Sequence record: LR756500.1
Direction: 5' to 3' (one strand)
DNA: 64,000 nt
Positions 21,660-33,013 of this stretch are shown in pieces (the first letter of the stretch is position 1; each line of letters opens with the position of its first letter). A program made the translations under genes and the position numbers. Under the pieces are notes generated by a model. That model did not search any database. It saw nothing but the letters and a program-made list of their open reading frames with translations, and was not told where the DNA came from.

Positions 21660-22090
21660 ATAATACCTAGAAATTGAAACCGTTCAAAAATTGAATACTC
21701 AAAAGTATTCTACCGTTTATTTGAATAAAAATTCGGCAAAAAAGGTCATGATTCCGAGATTAAAGTGCAGAAATACATCCGAATTAGCACTTAACTTGAT
21801 GAGGTACAAGTTAAACCCATGTGATATAGCTCATTTGCAAAGCTGTACTGACGTCTTTTCATATGGAAAACCCGTATGAAATACATAGTAACTGACATCT
21901 TAAATATTTTATAATCTATATAATTCATAATATCAAAGAACGGTTTCAACTTCATCATCGGTATCCCACTAAGTAGGGAAACTTTTTAACTTTTCGACAG
22001 TTAACATCGTTTACATGTTTCGCTAGTAACCTACGACACACTGATGCGTTCAGTAGAGACGCCATTAATTAACCTTAATGGGAAGGTTAT
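21660..22090 (-). ncRNA. Candidate large structured ncRNA of unknown family
   Basis: No credible ORF, raised GC, many hairpins, 16-bp long-range helix 21670-21685 / 21938-21953. Confidence 0.5.
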
Positions 22091-22675
22091 AATAAATTAA
22101 TATTATGTGTAAATATAATAATTAAGTTTTACAAATTAAAATATTTATGATCTTTTTTCAAAATAATTTTAAATGAAAATTTAATTAAATATTTATAAAA
22201 AATGAAAAGGGTTATTATCATTTAAATCATCAGTATAAAGATTTTTATCATCAACTTTAACATTTTCTTCAATATTTAAATCCTCTTCTGAAAATTCATC
22301 TTCTTTTATATTTTCATCAATATGATATAAACCGATAATACAATCTTCTCTCTTTCTTCTATATGATTCAAAATAATCAGAATCTACAGGTATACATTTA
22401 TGAATTATATCTTCAGTTATAAGTGTATAACTTGATTCATCATAAACTACACCAGGATCTCCAAAATAATAACCTACTTTACCTTTTTCTTTATATTGCA
22501 AAACTCTGGGACCTGTTCTTCCCATTCCATCTGCATCATACACATATAAAGCATCTTTTATTAAAATATATTCTGCACTTACGAATTTAAATTGAATTTC
22601 ATTATAAACTTCAGGATAAAATTTCTTTAAATATTCAGATTGAAATTTTAATTTTTTTCTAATATTTCAGTATGA

Positions 22676-23203
22676 CTACTCATTATATTTTTTATTAAAA
22701 AGTTTTGTTGCTATTTTTAAACCTTCATTTTTATAATCAATATCTTTTCCTGATTTATAAACTCCAAATAGTCTCCATCTTTCATAATTAATCATATAAT
22801 TTAATCTTTTTTTACTTAGATATTTATATAAAGTATTTAAATTTAAAATGTTATTTCTTTTAAAGATTTTAATACATTCTATTTCATTAAAAGTAAATTC
22901 AAAATGATCATATATCTTTTTAATAGATTTAACATTAATATTAAAAAAATTATTATAAGGTTTTTTATCTTTATTTAATTGAGTTTCCTGATAAATTTTT
23001 ATTTTTTCTTTATTTTTATCTCTCCATTTCTCTTGATAATTTAAATCATGTTCACGTTTATCTTTAATTGTATATCTTAAAGCTCTTTGTTCATGACCAC
23101 ATTTTATACATTTACATTGTATACTTGATTTATATTTATACATTGAAAAAGTAGTAAAACCATGCACTTTACATTCTTTTTGTATTTCTCCTATTTTCAT
23201 CAT
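22676..23203 (-). CDS. Zn-ribbon/endonuclease-like protein (start trimmed to MMKIGE because the called N-terminus overlaps tRNA-Asp)
   Basis: CKVHG...CKCIKC motifs. Confidence 0.4.
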   Translation of the reverse strand: MMKIGEIQKECKVHGFTTFSMYKYKSSIQCKCIKCGHEQRALRYTIKDKREHDLNYQEKWRDKNKEKIKIYQETQLNKDKKPYNNFFNINVKSIKKIYDHFEFTFNEIECIKIFKRNNILNLNTLYKYLSKKRLNYMINYERWRLFGVYKSGKDIDYKNEGLKIATKLFNKKYNE

Positions 23204-23214
23204 TAAAAAATTTG

Positions 23215-23291
23215 CGGACTTAATCAGATTCGAACTGACCTGTTTTTCCTGAGTGACAGTCAGGTGGCCACACCAAGCAACCCCTAAGTCC
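23215..23291 (-). tRNA. tRNA-Asp(GUC)
   Basis: Anticodon arm CCTGA-CTGTCAC-TCAGG, G73. Confidence 0.9.
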
Positions 23292-23292
23292 A

Positions 23293-24186
23293 TTATGCTA
23301 TAAATACCTTTTCATTATTTTTAAATACTAATTTTCTTCCTTTAATCCAACCTTTATTTATCCATTCATAAACTTCTTCTTTTTTTACTCTTATAGATTT
23401 CTTCTCTTCTAAATTATGTATCCAACACTTTCCATACTGACTATTTCTTGAACCTAATTGAGATATTTTATTTGCTTTACTTATTTTTTCTCGATGCTCT
23501 TTAGCTAATTTACGTCCTATTTGAATTCCAACTAATTCACCTGATAAATATCTTGGATCATCTACATTTACCCAAAATTTATTTCCGTCTTTATCTTTTA
23601 CACTTGTTTTATGTTTCATTATTCCAACTAATTCACTACTTAAAACTCTAGAATCATTTAAACGACATCTAATAATANNNNNNNNNNNNNNNNNNNNNAA
23701 AGAAAAATATTTACTTTGATATTGATATTCACCTGATTTTAATTTTATATTATTTACATCACATTTAAAAGAATTTCCTTCTTTATCTATAACATTGACT
23801 TTTCCTATACTTATAGGGAAATATTCATTATTATATCTTGAATCACTTTTTAACATTAATGTTTTATTATTTTTTTTATCTTTAACTAATACCAATCCTT
23901 TAGTATTCCAACCATAACCACCTAACATAATATTATAAACATCTTTTCTTTTAACAAACTCTTCATTTACTAACTCAGCCTCTTTAGCAAACATCTCTTC
24001 AAATGTATCAAAATTATAAAGAACTATACGTTCAAAATTGTCTATTCCATACTTCTTAAATGCCTTATGCAAATAAGTACCTGATCCCATATAACCATCT
24101 TCCAACTTATCCGTCTGATGACAGCCTATATAAATTTTATTGTTAATTTTATTAATAATTTCATAAACTATATTATACTTACTCAT
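23293..24186 (-). CDS. GIY-YIG (Seg-like) homing endonuclease; contains a 21-N gap at 23678-23698
   Basis: NIVYEIINKINNKIYIGCH, YMGSG, YNIMLGG, repeated VKDK motifs. Confidence 0.8.
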   Translation of the reverse strand: MSKYNIVYEIINKINNKIYIGCHQTDKLEDGYMGSGTYLHKAFKKYGIDNFERIVLYNFDTFEEMFAKEAELVNEEFVKRKDVYNIMLGGYGWNTKGLVLVKDKKNNKTLMLKSDSRYNNEYFPISIGKVNVIDKEGNSFKCDVNNIKLKSGEYQYQSKYFSXXXXXXXXIIRCRLNDSRVLSSELVGIMKHKTSVKDKDGNKFWVNVDDPRYLSGELVGIQIGRKLAKEHREKISKANKISQLGSRNSQYGKCWIHNLEEKKSIRVKKEEVYEWINKGWIKGRKLVFKNNEKVFIA

Positions 24187-24243
24187 ACCAATGATATATT
24201 TTATTTTATATATCATTAATAGTTCGAGTAAATTATTCGAGGA

Positions 24244-24381
24244 TGGCCGAGAGGGGATTCGAACCCCTGATGTTATCGTGACAAGATAAGACTTTATCCA
24301 TTTATTCTGTAATAACTTTGAGTCCTATTGAGTAGGTAATTTATAAGTTATCTGTGAACTTATTACTAAGCTACTCGGCCA
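24244..24381 (-). tRNA. tRNA-Asp(GUC)-like gene interrupted by ~66-nt element (about 24301-24366) in the D loop
   Basis: GGCCGAG-TA-GCTT-AG|insert|TGGATA-AAGT-C-TTATC-TTGTCAC-GATAA; A73. Confidence 0.8.
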
Positions 24382-24450
24382 TTTTATCGTCTTTCCGATT
24401 GTCATTACATTTTTCCATCTTACGACTTACAGTATAATACTGGTACCATT

Positions 24451-25149
24451 TTAAATATTATATTCCTTTTTAAATTCTATTTTTTGTTTTCTATTTTGAA
24501 AATCTTTTAATATATTTAAATTTATTAAATCTTCATCTATTAAAATTTTTAATTTACAGGGAAAATTATTCCATTTTGCTAAATCTTTTAATGTAACGTA
24601 TCCTTTAATTTCAATATAAATTTTTTCATCTAATAAAAAGAAATCAGGTCTATATCTTCGAGTTTTTCCTTCATATTCATATTCAAATGTAATATAAGGC
24701 CTTTCCCATTTAATATTATTTTCATCTAAATATTTAGCATAAAGATATTCCCATTTTACTTGTAATTTTATTCCATTATATTCATAATAATTTTTTTTAG
24801 AAAAAGATGTATGCCATTCTCCATTTTTTATTCTTTCATTTATTTTATCAGATATTTTTTGTTTATGTTCTTTTGTTAATTCTGTATTTTTAGAATGATG
24901 TTTAAATAATCCTTCTTTTAAATGTTTCGTTAATGTTTCACCACATCTTTTAACTCTTTCATCAGTATCTTTAGTTAAACCTTTATTCCAAATTATTCTA
25001 CCTTTTTTATATCCGGCATTAGGATCATGATTTCTACCTTCTCCATGCATTTTCCAAATATGTGATCCTATTCCATAAATTGAATATTCTTTATTACATA
25101 TTAAACATTTACATTTTCCGTTATCTAATTTTACATATTGTTTATCCAT
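24451..25149 (-). CDS. Homing endonuclease (zinc finger, WNKGLT repeat, PD-(D/E)xK C-terminus)
   Basis: CxxC-H, WNKGLTK, YRPDF...YIEIKG. Confidence 0.65.
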   Translation of the reverse strand: MDKQYVKLDNGKCKCLICNKEYSIYGIGSHIWKMHGEGRNHDPNAGYKKGRIIWNKGLTKDTDERVKRCGETLTKHLKEGLFKHHSKNTELTKEHKQKISDKINERIKNGEWHTSFSKKNYYEYNGIKLQVKWEYLYAKYLDENNIKWERPYITFEYEYEGKTRRYRPDFFLLDEKIYIEIKGYVTLKDLAKWNNFPCKLKILIDEDLINLNILKDFQNRKQKIEFKKEYNI

Positions 25150-25213
25150 GATATATTTATTTTATATATCATGTTAACTCTTGTGCTCTAGCAAATGTAA
25201 TTTATTAAAATTG

Positions 25214-25285
25214 CTGGGATGAAGGGAATCGAACCCCTATCGATGCGTTAACAGCGCACAGCTCGGACCATTGAGCTACATCCCA
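25214..25285 (-). tRNA. tRNA-Asn(GUU)
   Basis: Anticodon arm GTGCG-CTGTTAA-CGCAT, G73. Confidence 0.92.
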
Positions 25286-25369
25286 ATATTTATTTTCAAT
25301 GAACTAATATGTAAATATAATAAAAAAGTAATTAATAAAAAAATCCAGCATGTCAAAGAACCATTTAAA

Positions 25370-25398
25370 CGAAAAAATCCAACTTGTTAGGTTGGATT
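25370..25398 (-). terminator. Intrinsic terminator of attenuator 2
   Basis: AATCCAAC-CTAACAA-GTTGGATT then T-run; boxA-like GTTCTTTGAC at 25352-25361. Confidence 0.75.
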
Positions 25399-25424
25399 CT
25401 TTAATATTATTTATATTGTTAACA

Positions 25425-25496
25425 TTAAGCCCAACTCGATTGGATGATATTATTATCATCTCTTCTATTGTCTATTATGTTAACTAAATTAATCAT
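25425..25496 (-). CDS. Leader peptide 2, MINLVNIIDNRRDDNNIIQSSWA (23 aa)
   Basis: Manually translated; between promoter 25512-25540 and terminator. Confidence 0.75.
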   Translation of the reverse strand: MINLVNIIDNRRDDNNIIQSSWA

Positions 25497-27416
25497 GTTC
25501 AAAAATTTATTATTATATGCAAATATAATAAAATGTTTCGCTTTGGTAATAAATTTATTTTTAGATATCATTTAAATTAGATTTACCTTCGCAGTTATCA
25601 GATTTAGCAACCATATTATCTCTTTTATCAATTATAGATTTAATTGATTCTTCTAATTTAAGACATTCAAATCCTTTTGATCCGCAACCTACATATTTAC
25701 AACAATTTTTACCTTGTCCTATTTTACAAACCTCTTTTATATGATTATTCATTTTTAATAATTTTAAGTTGTTGTTCAATATAATTAGCTATTTCAATAC
25801 ATTCTTCATCTTGTATCCAATAAAAATCTATTCCATTAATAGTTACTGAAAAATCAGAATCAGTTGGATCAAGAACTACATTTGTTAAACTTACAACTGG
25901 ATTGTGTCTTTCTTTATCTTGCTTTTCCCATCGTTCTTCAAATTTACTAATAACAGAAGGAACTTTGCTTATTTTATTTAATTTTTTTAATGCCTCTGAT
26001 TGATTTTCTTTTGGTTTTATAGGCCAATGATTATCATAATTAAAAAATTCGGTTGATTTTCTAGTAAGTCCATGAGTTATTTTTAATTCTAAACCACTCC
26101 AATCTGTAATTTTATTATAATTTTTTAAAATAAAAATTTTAGCACTATTAGCAACTATAACTAATGCACTAGTATATTTACTATATGTTTCATAAAAATC
26201 TTTATCAGTCCAAAATTCTGTAGATTTATAAGCATTCTCAAAATCTTCTTCTGATGTAAAACACGGAACAAATGAAGGTGAAAAATTACTCATTAATTTT
26301 ATTCGCTAAATTAGTCATTAAATTATTCATTTCATTTGTTGGTTCTTTACTACCATTTTTAAGTGCTTCTAATTCTTCATCAAATATAATAAATGGATCT
26401 TTTGTTATAGATGGAAATCCATTTGCTATTCCTTCTGCATCGAGTTCATTTATATTTAATAAAAAATCTTCAATAATTAATGGACATCCTTCATACTGTA
26501 AAATAGGATAAAAAGAAGCTTCTATATAAACAGTATCTCTACGTAAAACTTTTAAATCTTTAAAAGATTCATGATTATTTATTTGTTTAGTTATTTCTTC
26601 TTGTTGATCAGACCATGATGTAGGACCATCTTTTAATAAAAGTTTAATAACTTTATATTCTTCATCCATCCATACATATCTAAGTCTTCCTAACAATGGA
26701 TATTTTTTTTCAGGATCATGAGGTTGAGCCCAATTTATACAGGCTAATAAATATTTTCCTAGAGGATGTGGTTTAACAACCATATTAAACATTGACATAA
26801 TAATTTATTTTAAATTTATTAAACTGTATGTAGTATTATCAGAATTTAAAAAATATCCACTATTAAAAAGTTTAAGAATATTTTCTTTTTTAATATCTAT
26901 TATAATATTATGATCATTATATTTATACATTTTATAATAAATAGAATCTATATCATATATTAAAAATAGCTGTCTATCATTTTTAATTAAACATAAAAAT
27001 GTTCCAACTGGAATATTATACTGTGTATAAGTTACTAGTTCATTATTTTCATTAAACGATTCACCTAAAAATCTTATATTAGATTTATGTAATTCTTTAG
27101 CAGTTGGACCGCAAGATATAAATAAAACACCAACTAAAAGTATTAAAATATATTTATTCATAATTAAAATATCTAATGTTTCGTTTATAATGAATTTTTT
27201 TAACCATTTTTGATAATAAAAGATATTGTATAATATTTTTATAATTTTTATAATGAGCATTACCATCAAACATATAATGACTATTATTTAAGCATTTTTT
27301 ATTTTTGTCTATAATTCGTTTTACATCTCTCTGTATTATACCTTCAGGATTTTTTTTAATCTCCTCATACACAATCATAGCTGCTTCAAAATTTTCTTTT
27401 CTTAATTTTGGTATCA

Positions 27417-27773
27417 TCAATTAAGTTTTTCTATTTCTCGATTAATCATCATTCTTGATACTGGTTCATATGCTCTTAATAAAACATAATGAAATATTCC
27501 AGATATACAAATTATAGCAAAACATACTATTATATAATCAATTATACTAATAAATGTAATTGGTAAAATATTAACCTTATCATAAATAAATATTGATGAA
27601 ATAATTAATATCCAATGACTTAAACACCATGGACAGTGAATTAATTCTTCTATTTTAGGATGTATTTTAGACAATAATTCTCTTAACCATTTAAAAATAC
27701 TAGTAAAAGTAATTGTAAAAGATATTGCTGATAAACAACATGCAATAATAAAAATATTTGATAATGTATCCAT
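27417..27773 (-). CDS. DUF1360-like membrane protein
   Basis: LRELL...ELIHCPWCLSHW plus transmembrane segments. Confidence 0.45.
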   Translation of the reverse strand: MDTLSNIFIIACCLSAISFTITFTSIFKWLRELLSKIHPKIEELIHCPWCLSHWILIISSIFIYDKVNILPITFISIIDYIIVCFAIICISGIFHYVLLRAYEPVSRMMINREIEKLN

Positions 27774-28015
27774 ATTAACGTAAAGTTTTATCTCCTCTTT
27801 CTATACTTTTTATATAATCTCCGCTTTGTAATAAAGAATCATAAGGAACAATTCTTTCAACTTTAGTTTCATAACAGCCACAACCACAACAAGATTTATA
27901 TAAAAGAACTACAGTACGATGTGTTTTTTGTTCTTTAATTTTATCATATTCATCAAGAACAGATGATGAATTGTTTTTACCCTTTTGATCTTTTTTTACT
28001 TGTAATTGTTCCATA

Positions 28016-29146
28016 TTAAAAATTATGTTGATTTATTAATGTATTTACAGCTTCTTTTATATCACTAAGTATTATTCCTTTAGTTGTAGTATCGTCTTTA
28101 ATATATCTAGATAATGAATTTTTAGTTGCAAATTTTACAATTGATTGAGCCATAGCACCATCTATTTTATCTTTTAATTTAGATTCAAAAATAAGTTTAC
28201 TACCAGTAGTAGATAATTTATTAATTGTATCTATACATAAAACTTTATTTAAATGAATATTTAAAATATCGGAAAAATCACTTTCAATTGGTCGTTTTAT
28301 ATTTAATCTTAAATCTATTCTACCATCTCTTAATATTGCGGGATCAAGTGATCTTTCTAAATTAGTTGATAAAACAATTAACGGTTTTATTTTATTTAAT
28401 CCATCCATTTCAGCTAAAAATGAAGGAACAACAGAAAAACTTTTATATAAACTATCACTTCTATGACTTAATAAAGCTTCAGCTTCATCTATAAAAATTA
28501 CACCTTGTTTACCGGTTTTTTCTGTATATTTTCTAGATCTTTTAAAAATATTAGATACAATTTTTTCAGATTCACCTACATATTTATCTAAAATATCTCC
28601 ACCTTTAATTGATATAAATGCATCTTTATTAACGTTTTTTTCTTTTAAAATTGTATATCCTATAGCTTTTGCTATTAATGTTTTTCCGCAGCCTGAAGGT
28701 CCATATAATAAAATACCATTAAGTGGTTCTAATCCAAACTTTTTAACTAAATCAGGATGTTTTAATGGAATTTCAATTGCATCTCTAACAAGTTGTATTT
28801 GATCTTTTAATCCACCTATTTCTTCCCATTTAATAAGAGAAATATTTTCTTCTGGAATAAATTTATTAAGAGATTCTGGAATAACTTCAACAATAGTATC
28901 TTTAAGTATCATTACTTCGGTACCTTCTTTAATAGATAATTTTTGTTTAGAATCTATAGATTCTAAAATTGCTGGAATAATACTTTCGCCTGATCCAGTA
29001 TCTACCCTATAAAAATTTATACCTCCTACTATATAAGATTTAGAAGTTATAGTTCCAATACTTCTCGATTCTTTTTTTAAAGTATCAAGTATTTCTTCAT
29101 ACTTTTTAATTTTTTCTTCTAATTTCTTTATAACTTCAACACTCAT
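28016..29146 (-). CDS. AAA+ ATPase (ARC/PAN/Cdc48-like)
   Basis: N-terminal coiled coil, WEEIGGL, GPSGCGKT, IFIDEAE, DPAILRDGRID. Confidence 0.85.
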   Translation of the reverse strand: MSVEVIKKLEEKIKKYEEILDTLKKESRSIGTITSKSYIVGGINFYRVDTGSGESIIPAILESIDSKQKLSIKEGTEVMILKDTIVEVIPESLNKFIPEENISLIKWEEIGGLKDQIQLVRDAIEIPLKHPDLVKKFGLEPLNGILLYGPSGCGKTLIAKAIGYTILKEKNVNKDAFISIKGGDILDKYVGESEKIVSNIFKRSRKYTEKTGKQGVIFIDEAEALLSHRSDSLYKSFSVVPSFLAEMDGLNKIKPLIVLSTNLERSLDPAILRDGRIDLRLNIKRPIESDFSDILNIHLNKVLCIDTINKLSTTGSKLIFESKLKDKIDGAMAQSIVKFATKNSLSRYIKDDTTTKGIILSDIKEAVNTLINQHNF

Positions 29147-29220
29147 ATAAATTTATTTTTGTAAATATAATAAAAAAGAATTAAAATAAAAAAGGAATTA
29201 AAAATTTTAATTCCTTTTTG

Positions 29221-29293
29221 TAGCGAGAGAAGGATTCGAACCTTCGACCTTATGGGTATGATTCATATGCTCTGCCAACTAAGCTACCTCGCC
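29221..29293 (-). tRNA. tRNA-Met(CAU), elongator-type
   Basis: GGCGAGG acceptor, loop ATCATAC. Confidence 0.82.
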
Positions 29294-30095
29294 ATATTAA
29301 AAAAGAGTTATTACTAACTCTTTAATATTATGATAACGCTGGATTTTCATCAAATAATAATTTGTATAATTCAACACCTTCTTCATGTGCTAAAGTAGCT
29401 TCTTTTACTGCAAGACTTGCAGTAAGAATTTCGTTAAAATTTGTACCATTTTTAGCATTTTCAATAGTTTTCTTGAAATTTGCATTTGTAGCTCTTACTA
29501 CATTTTTTCTTTTAATAATTACGCTTTCGGCATCAATTCTTAATTCATCAAATGCGCCTTTTGCTGCCTCTTTTGCAATTGTGTCTTTGTCTTTACTCCA
29601 TAAAGAAATTAAGTCAAATTTTTCTACTGTTTTTTCTACTGTTTTTTCCATAATTTTCAATTTTATTGTTAAACTTAAATTTATAATTTATATCTTAATA
29701 TCATTAATCTTCTATATATTGATTTTTGATTTGAAATTATTGTCCATTCTCTAAAAAACTTAGGATCAACTTCAATTTCATCACCAACATTTTTAATATC
29801 CTTTACAGAAAATCCACATAATGATGTTAAAGATCCATCTTCTTTTAAACGTATAGGTACTTTAATATCAGTTAATTTAATTTTAATTAAATTATTTTTA
29901 ATATTATCAACATCTATAACCTTTGCTATTATAATCTTTCCTAAATCTGTAAAATTATATTCTATAGAATTTTTATAAGGAATTATCATATCTCCTACTC
30001 CAAATTTTTCCATTTTTATTTCTATTATGTAAATATAATAATAAAGTTTTAATTATATTTTAAAATTATTATTCATCAGTTCCCATATTTTAATT

Positions 30096-30803
30096 TTAAT
30101 TAAATACTACTTTATCAGCTGTTACAGATCCATTAATCTTTTGACATTTAACATTTTCTGCATCAACATCTCCTTCAATATTATTACAAATAACATTATT
30201 AGATTCAACATTACCTGCTATATCATGAGCAGTAACTTTATCTGCTTCGACATATCCTTCGACATTATTGCATGTAACATTATCTGCAGTAACATCTCCT
30301 CCTATATCCTTACATGTAATATTATTTGTTTCAATACTACCTTCAATATTAATACAAGTTAAATTTGTTGAATGTACATCTCCTTGACAATTTCCATGTA
30401 TAGTTGCATTAGTACATTCTAAATCTGCAATATCACCTATAAACTTTATTTCTACTATTCCTTTTAAATTATCTTTAATTAATTCATTATCAACATATAT
30501 TTTGTTATCAATAACTTTTATACTTGATCCTTCTATATTTTCAAAAACTTCTCCATTTATTATTATAGAATTTTTAATTTTAGAACTATTTTGAACATAC
30601 ATTAATTTATTTAAAATGTCATTAAAATCATCAGTACATTTTATTTTAATAATTTTTTCAGGTTTTCTAAATATTATTTTAAAAAAATGTCCAAATTCTT
30701 TAATTTCTTCAAAATTTATTTTAGTATCAAAAATATATTCATATATTTTCCATATTATTACTAAAACTAATATAACAACTAATATAACAATTATTGTAAT
30801 CAT
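30096..30803 (-). CDS. Membrane-anchored beta-helix repeat protein
   Basis: N-terminal transmembrane segment; 15-residue G(D/N)V.A..V.C..I repeats. Confidence 0.5.
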   Translation of the reverse strand: MITIIVILVVILVLVIIWKIYEYIFDTKINFEEIKEFGHFFKIIFRKPEKIIKIKCTDDFNDILNKLMYVQNSSKIKNSIIINGEVFENIEGSSIKVIDNKIYVDNELIKDNLKGIVEIKFIGDIADLECTNATIHGNCQGDVHSTNLTCINIEGSIETNNITCKDIGGDVTADNVTCNNVEGYVEADKVTAHDIAGNVESNNVICNNIEGDVDAENVKCQKINGSVTADKVVFN

Positions 30804-30829
30804 AATTAATAAATTTAAAAGTTAAAAAT

Positions 30830-31050
30830 AAAGAGGTGATCAAACCTCTTTGTTTAAAGTGATACAAGGGATCAATCTCTTACACTTTCCTTCGTAAAGT
30901 GAATGGTTACTAAGTCATTAACTACATAGTATTTTTGCTATCGTGAAAAATACAACAACGCTATTAATATAGTTCAATAGTAAACTGGGATATACTTAAC
31001 GACGAATTCCCAATGACGCATTTGTTATAGTACAAATGTTAAACTGTACA
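30830..31050 (-). ncRNA. Candidate structured ncRNA 3' of tRNA-Phe, ending in a terminator
   Basis: Consecutive hairpins, closing AAGAGGT/ACCTCTT plus T-rich tail; no ORF. Confidence 0.4.
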
Positions 31051-31059
31051 TCTTAAAAG

Positions 31060-31132
31060 TGGAACAACGTGGAATCGAACCACGATTGTTAGATTTTCAG
31101 TCTAATACCTTTACCACATTGGTTATTGTTCC
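31060..31132 (-). tRNA. tRNA-Phe(GAA)
   Basis: Anticodon arm TTAGA-CTGAAAA-TCTAA. Confidence 0.9.
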
Positions 31133-31195
31133 TTTAAAAATATAAGATAATAGTTATCTATTACTTAATATATTTGTTGCAGAGTTGAATTGTCA

Positions 31196-31792
31196 TTATC
31201 TTTTTCTTTTTCTACCTACTCTAGGCAAAGTATCTAATTTATCAATTAGTTCTAGATTAAGTTTTTTAATATCTTCTGTCAAAGAACCACTTACTGTTTT
31301 ATAATAATCAGATTTAATCCATTCTTCGTAAGGAGTATTTCCTCTTATTCTATTACATTTTCTGCAGCATGATACTAAGTTATCTGGATGCGATTCTCCT
31401 TCACTCTCCCATGTTATAATATGATCAACTGTTAAAGGAACATTATCAACTCCACAATATCTACATTTATAATTATCTCTTCTATAAACTTGCCAAGATA
31501 CTATGCTTTCAATATTTCTTTGAGATTTTCTCAAAATAACATTTTGTCCTTTTCTAATTCCAGATACTTCAACATTATCTAATTGAAATAATATTTTATG
31601 CCACGTATTTATATCCGGTCTTATTACTTTAATATCATTTGAAGTTATTTCTTCATCTGGTAATTTTACAATAAAACATTCACCTTCAGGAGAACTTAAA
31701 GCTATTCCACTTATAGTATTATAAATACCTAATTTTTTAATTTCGTTTTCATTCATCATTTTAAAAATTAAATTATCTTCCTCACTCTTCAA
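31196..31792 (-). CDS. HNH endonuclease domain protein
   Basis: VYRRDNYKCRYCG, LTVDHII, NLVSCCRKCN. Confidence 0.75.
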   Translation of the reverse strand: MKSEEDNLIFKMMNENEIKKLGIYNTISGIALSSPEGECFIVKLPDEEITSNDIKVIRPDINTWHKILFQLDNVEVSGIRKGQNVILRKSQRNIESIVSWQVYRRDNYKCRYCGVDNVPLTVDHIITWESEGESHPDNLVSCCRKCNRIRGNTPYEEWIKSDYYKTVSGSLTEDIKKLNLELIDKLDTLPRVGRKRKR

Positions 31793-31985
31793 TTTTATTT
31801 CTTAAACTTATCATAACAGAATTACCAAAGGAAGTAAGTTTATTTGTCCAACCTAACTCAATAAATCCAATAGTTTCTAAATCCTTTAAATAATTTATAT
31901 CAGGCGAAGTAAGATATTCATTACCAGTTCCTATTGATTTTAAAGTATTATATAATATTTTTTTTCCATTCAATAAAAAGTTTAG

Positions 31986-32057
31986 TTGCGGGGGCAGGAT
32001 TCGAACCTGCGACACACGGCTTATGAGGCCGTTGAGCTACCACTGCTCTACCCAGCA
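31986..32057 (-). tRNA. tRNA-Met(CAU), initiator-like D arm
   Basis: GAGCAGTGGTAGCTC D arm, ACGGC-CTCATAA-GCCGT; lacks the full GGG/CCC initiator stem. Confidence 0.75.
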
Positions 32058-32065
32058 ATTTAAAT

Positions 32066-32141
32066 TGGTTGGTCCGGTAGAAATTGCATCTACGGCCCAT
32101 AAATTAAAAGTTTATTGCTCTACTATCTGAGCTACGGACCA
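32066..32141 (-). tRNA. tRNA-Lys(UUU)
   Basis: ATAAA-CTTTTAA-TTTAT, encoded CCA; atypical T loop TGCAATT and D loop without GG. Confidence 0.85.
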
Positions 32142-32511
32142 ATTTATTTTTTATGACTATCTGGAATTATATTATATGCTTTCATTTCAAAAGGATATAA
32201 CCCTATAAACTCCATTTCATTAGGAATACATTTTTGAATTTCAATTGCTTCATCATCATTATGGCATGCTGCTAAACATACTAATCTTATTGCTTCTGTT
32301 ATATCATCTTCTGATTTAACAATATCACTTAAATGTTTACCTAATAAAGTTTTTACAATTTCTTTTGCTTTAATTAATTCCATTTTCAAAATTTCAAATA
32401 ACATGTAAATTTAATAAATTAGTTTTAATTTAAAAAATTTAGTTTAAAAATATACCGGTTTAATGTAAGGAAGGGGTCTAAATAATAAAGATAACCGGTA
32501 TATTTTTAGAG

Positions 32512-32921
32512 TGGAGCTGCAGGGGTTTGAACCCTGGTCCGTCGAAAGAACTATTAAAATTTCTACATGCTTAGTAACTTTTATCTTTTAATTATTTTAA
32601 TGGTAAGTTACATCCTAATAAAATACTTAGTTGTTATTTTTCGATTAAATATTTCAACTTATATTTAACTTATTTAAGTTCAGTTATGCCATAAAATTAA
32701 AGTACTTAAAACACTTTAAAGTATGACAGCAAATTTAAATACCTAGTATTCAATTTTGCAAGAGTGACTATTAAACAGTACTACCCGTTAAGCTGCCATT
32801 CTCATTTCAGCATTGTTGCCATTTATTATTTGTTATTCATTTCTGTTTAAAGAGAAAAATAAACAAATTCTCTGCATGCTTAATTAACAATTTACTAACA
32901 CGTCAATTCCATGTCAGCCCC
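32512..32921 (-). ncRNA. ssrA: tmRNA; tag ORF 32788-32820 reads (A)GNNAEMRMAA*
   Basis: GGGGCTG/CAGCTCC acceptor with G3:U70, GGAATTGAC 5' motif, T arm, tag ending AA-stop. Confidence 0.92.
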
Positions 32922-32980
32922 CATATTTTCAAAGAACATTATTTAAACTAATATGTAAATATAATAAATTAGTTTAAAAT

Positions 32981-33013
32981 AAAAAAACCCAATTCAAAAA
33001 ATGAATTGGGTTT
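32981..33013 (-). terminator. Intrinsic terminator of attenuator 4
   Basis: AAACCCAATTCA-TTTTT-TGAATTGGGTTT then T-run. Confidence 0.8.

Noticed and set aside
22676-23293. Called N-terminus MDLGVAWCGH of this ORF
   Set aside because: It is the tRNA-Asp sequence read in frame; the real start is likely 23203 or 23200.
23678-23698. 21-N run in the GIY-YIG gene
   Set aside because: Assembly gap in a repeat-containing gene, not biology; reading frame across it is unverified.
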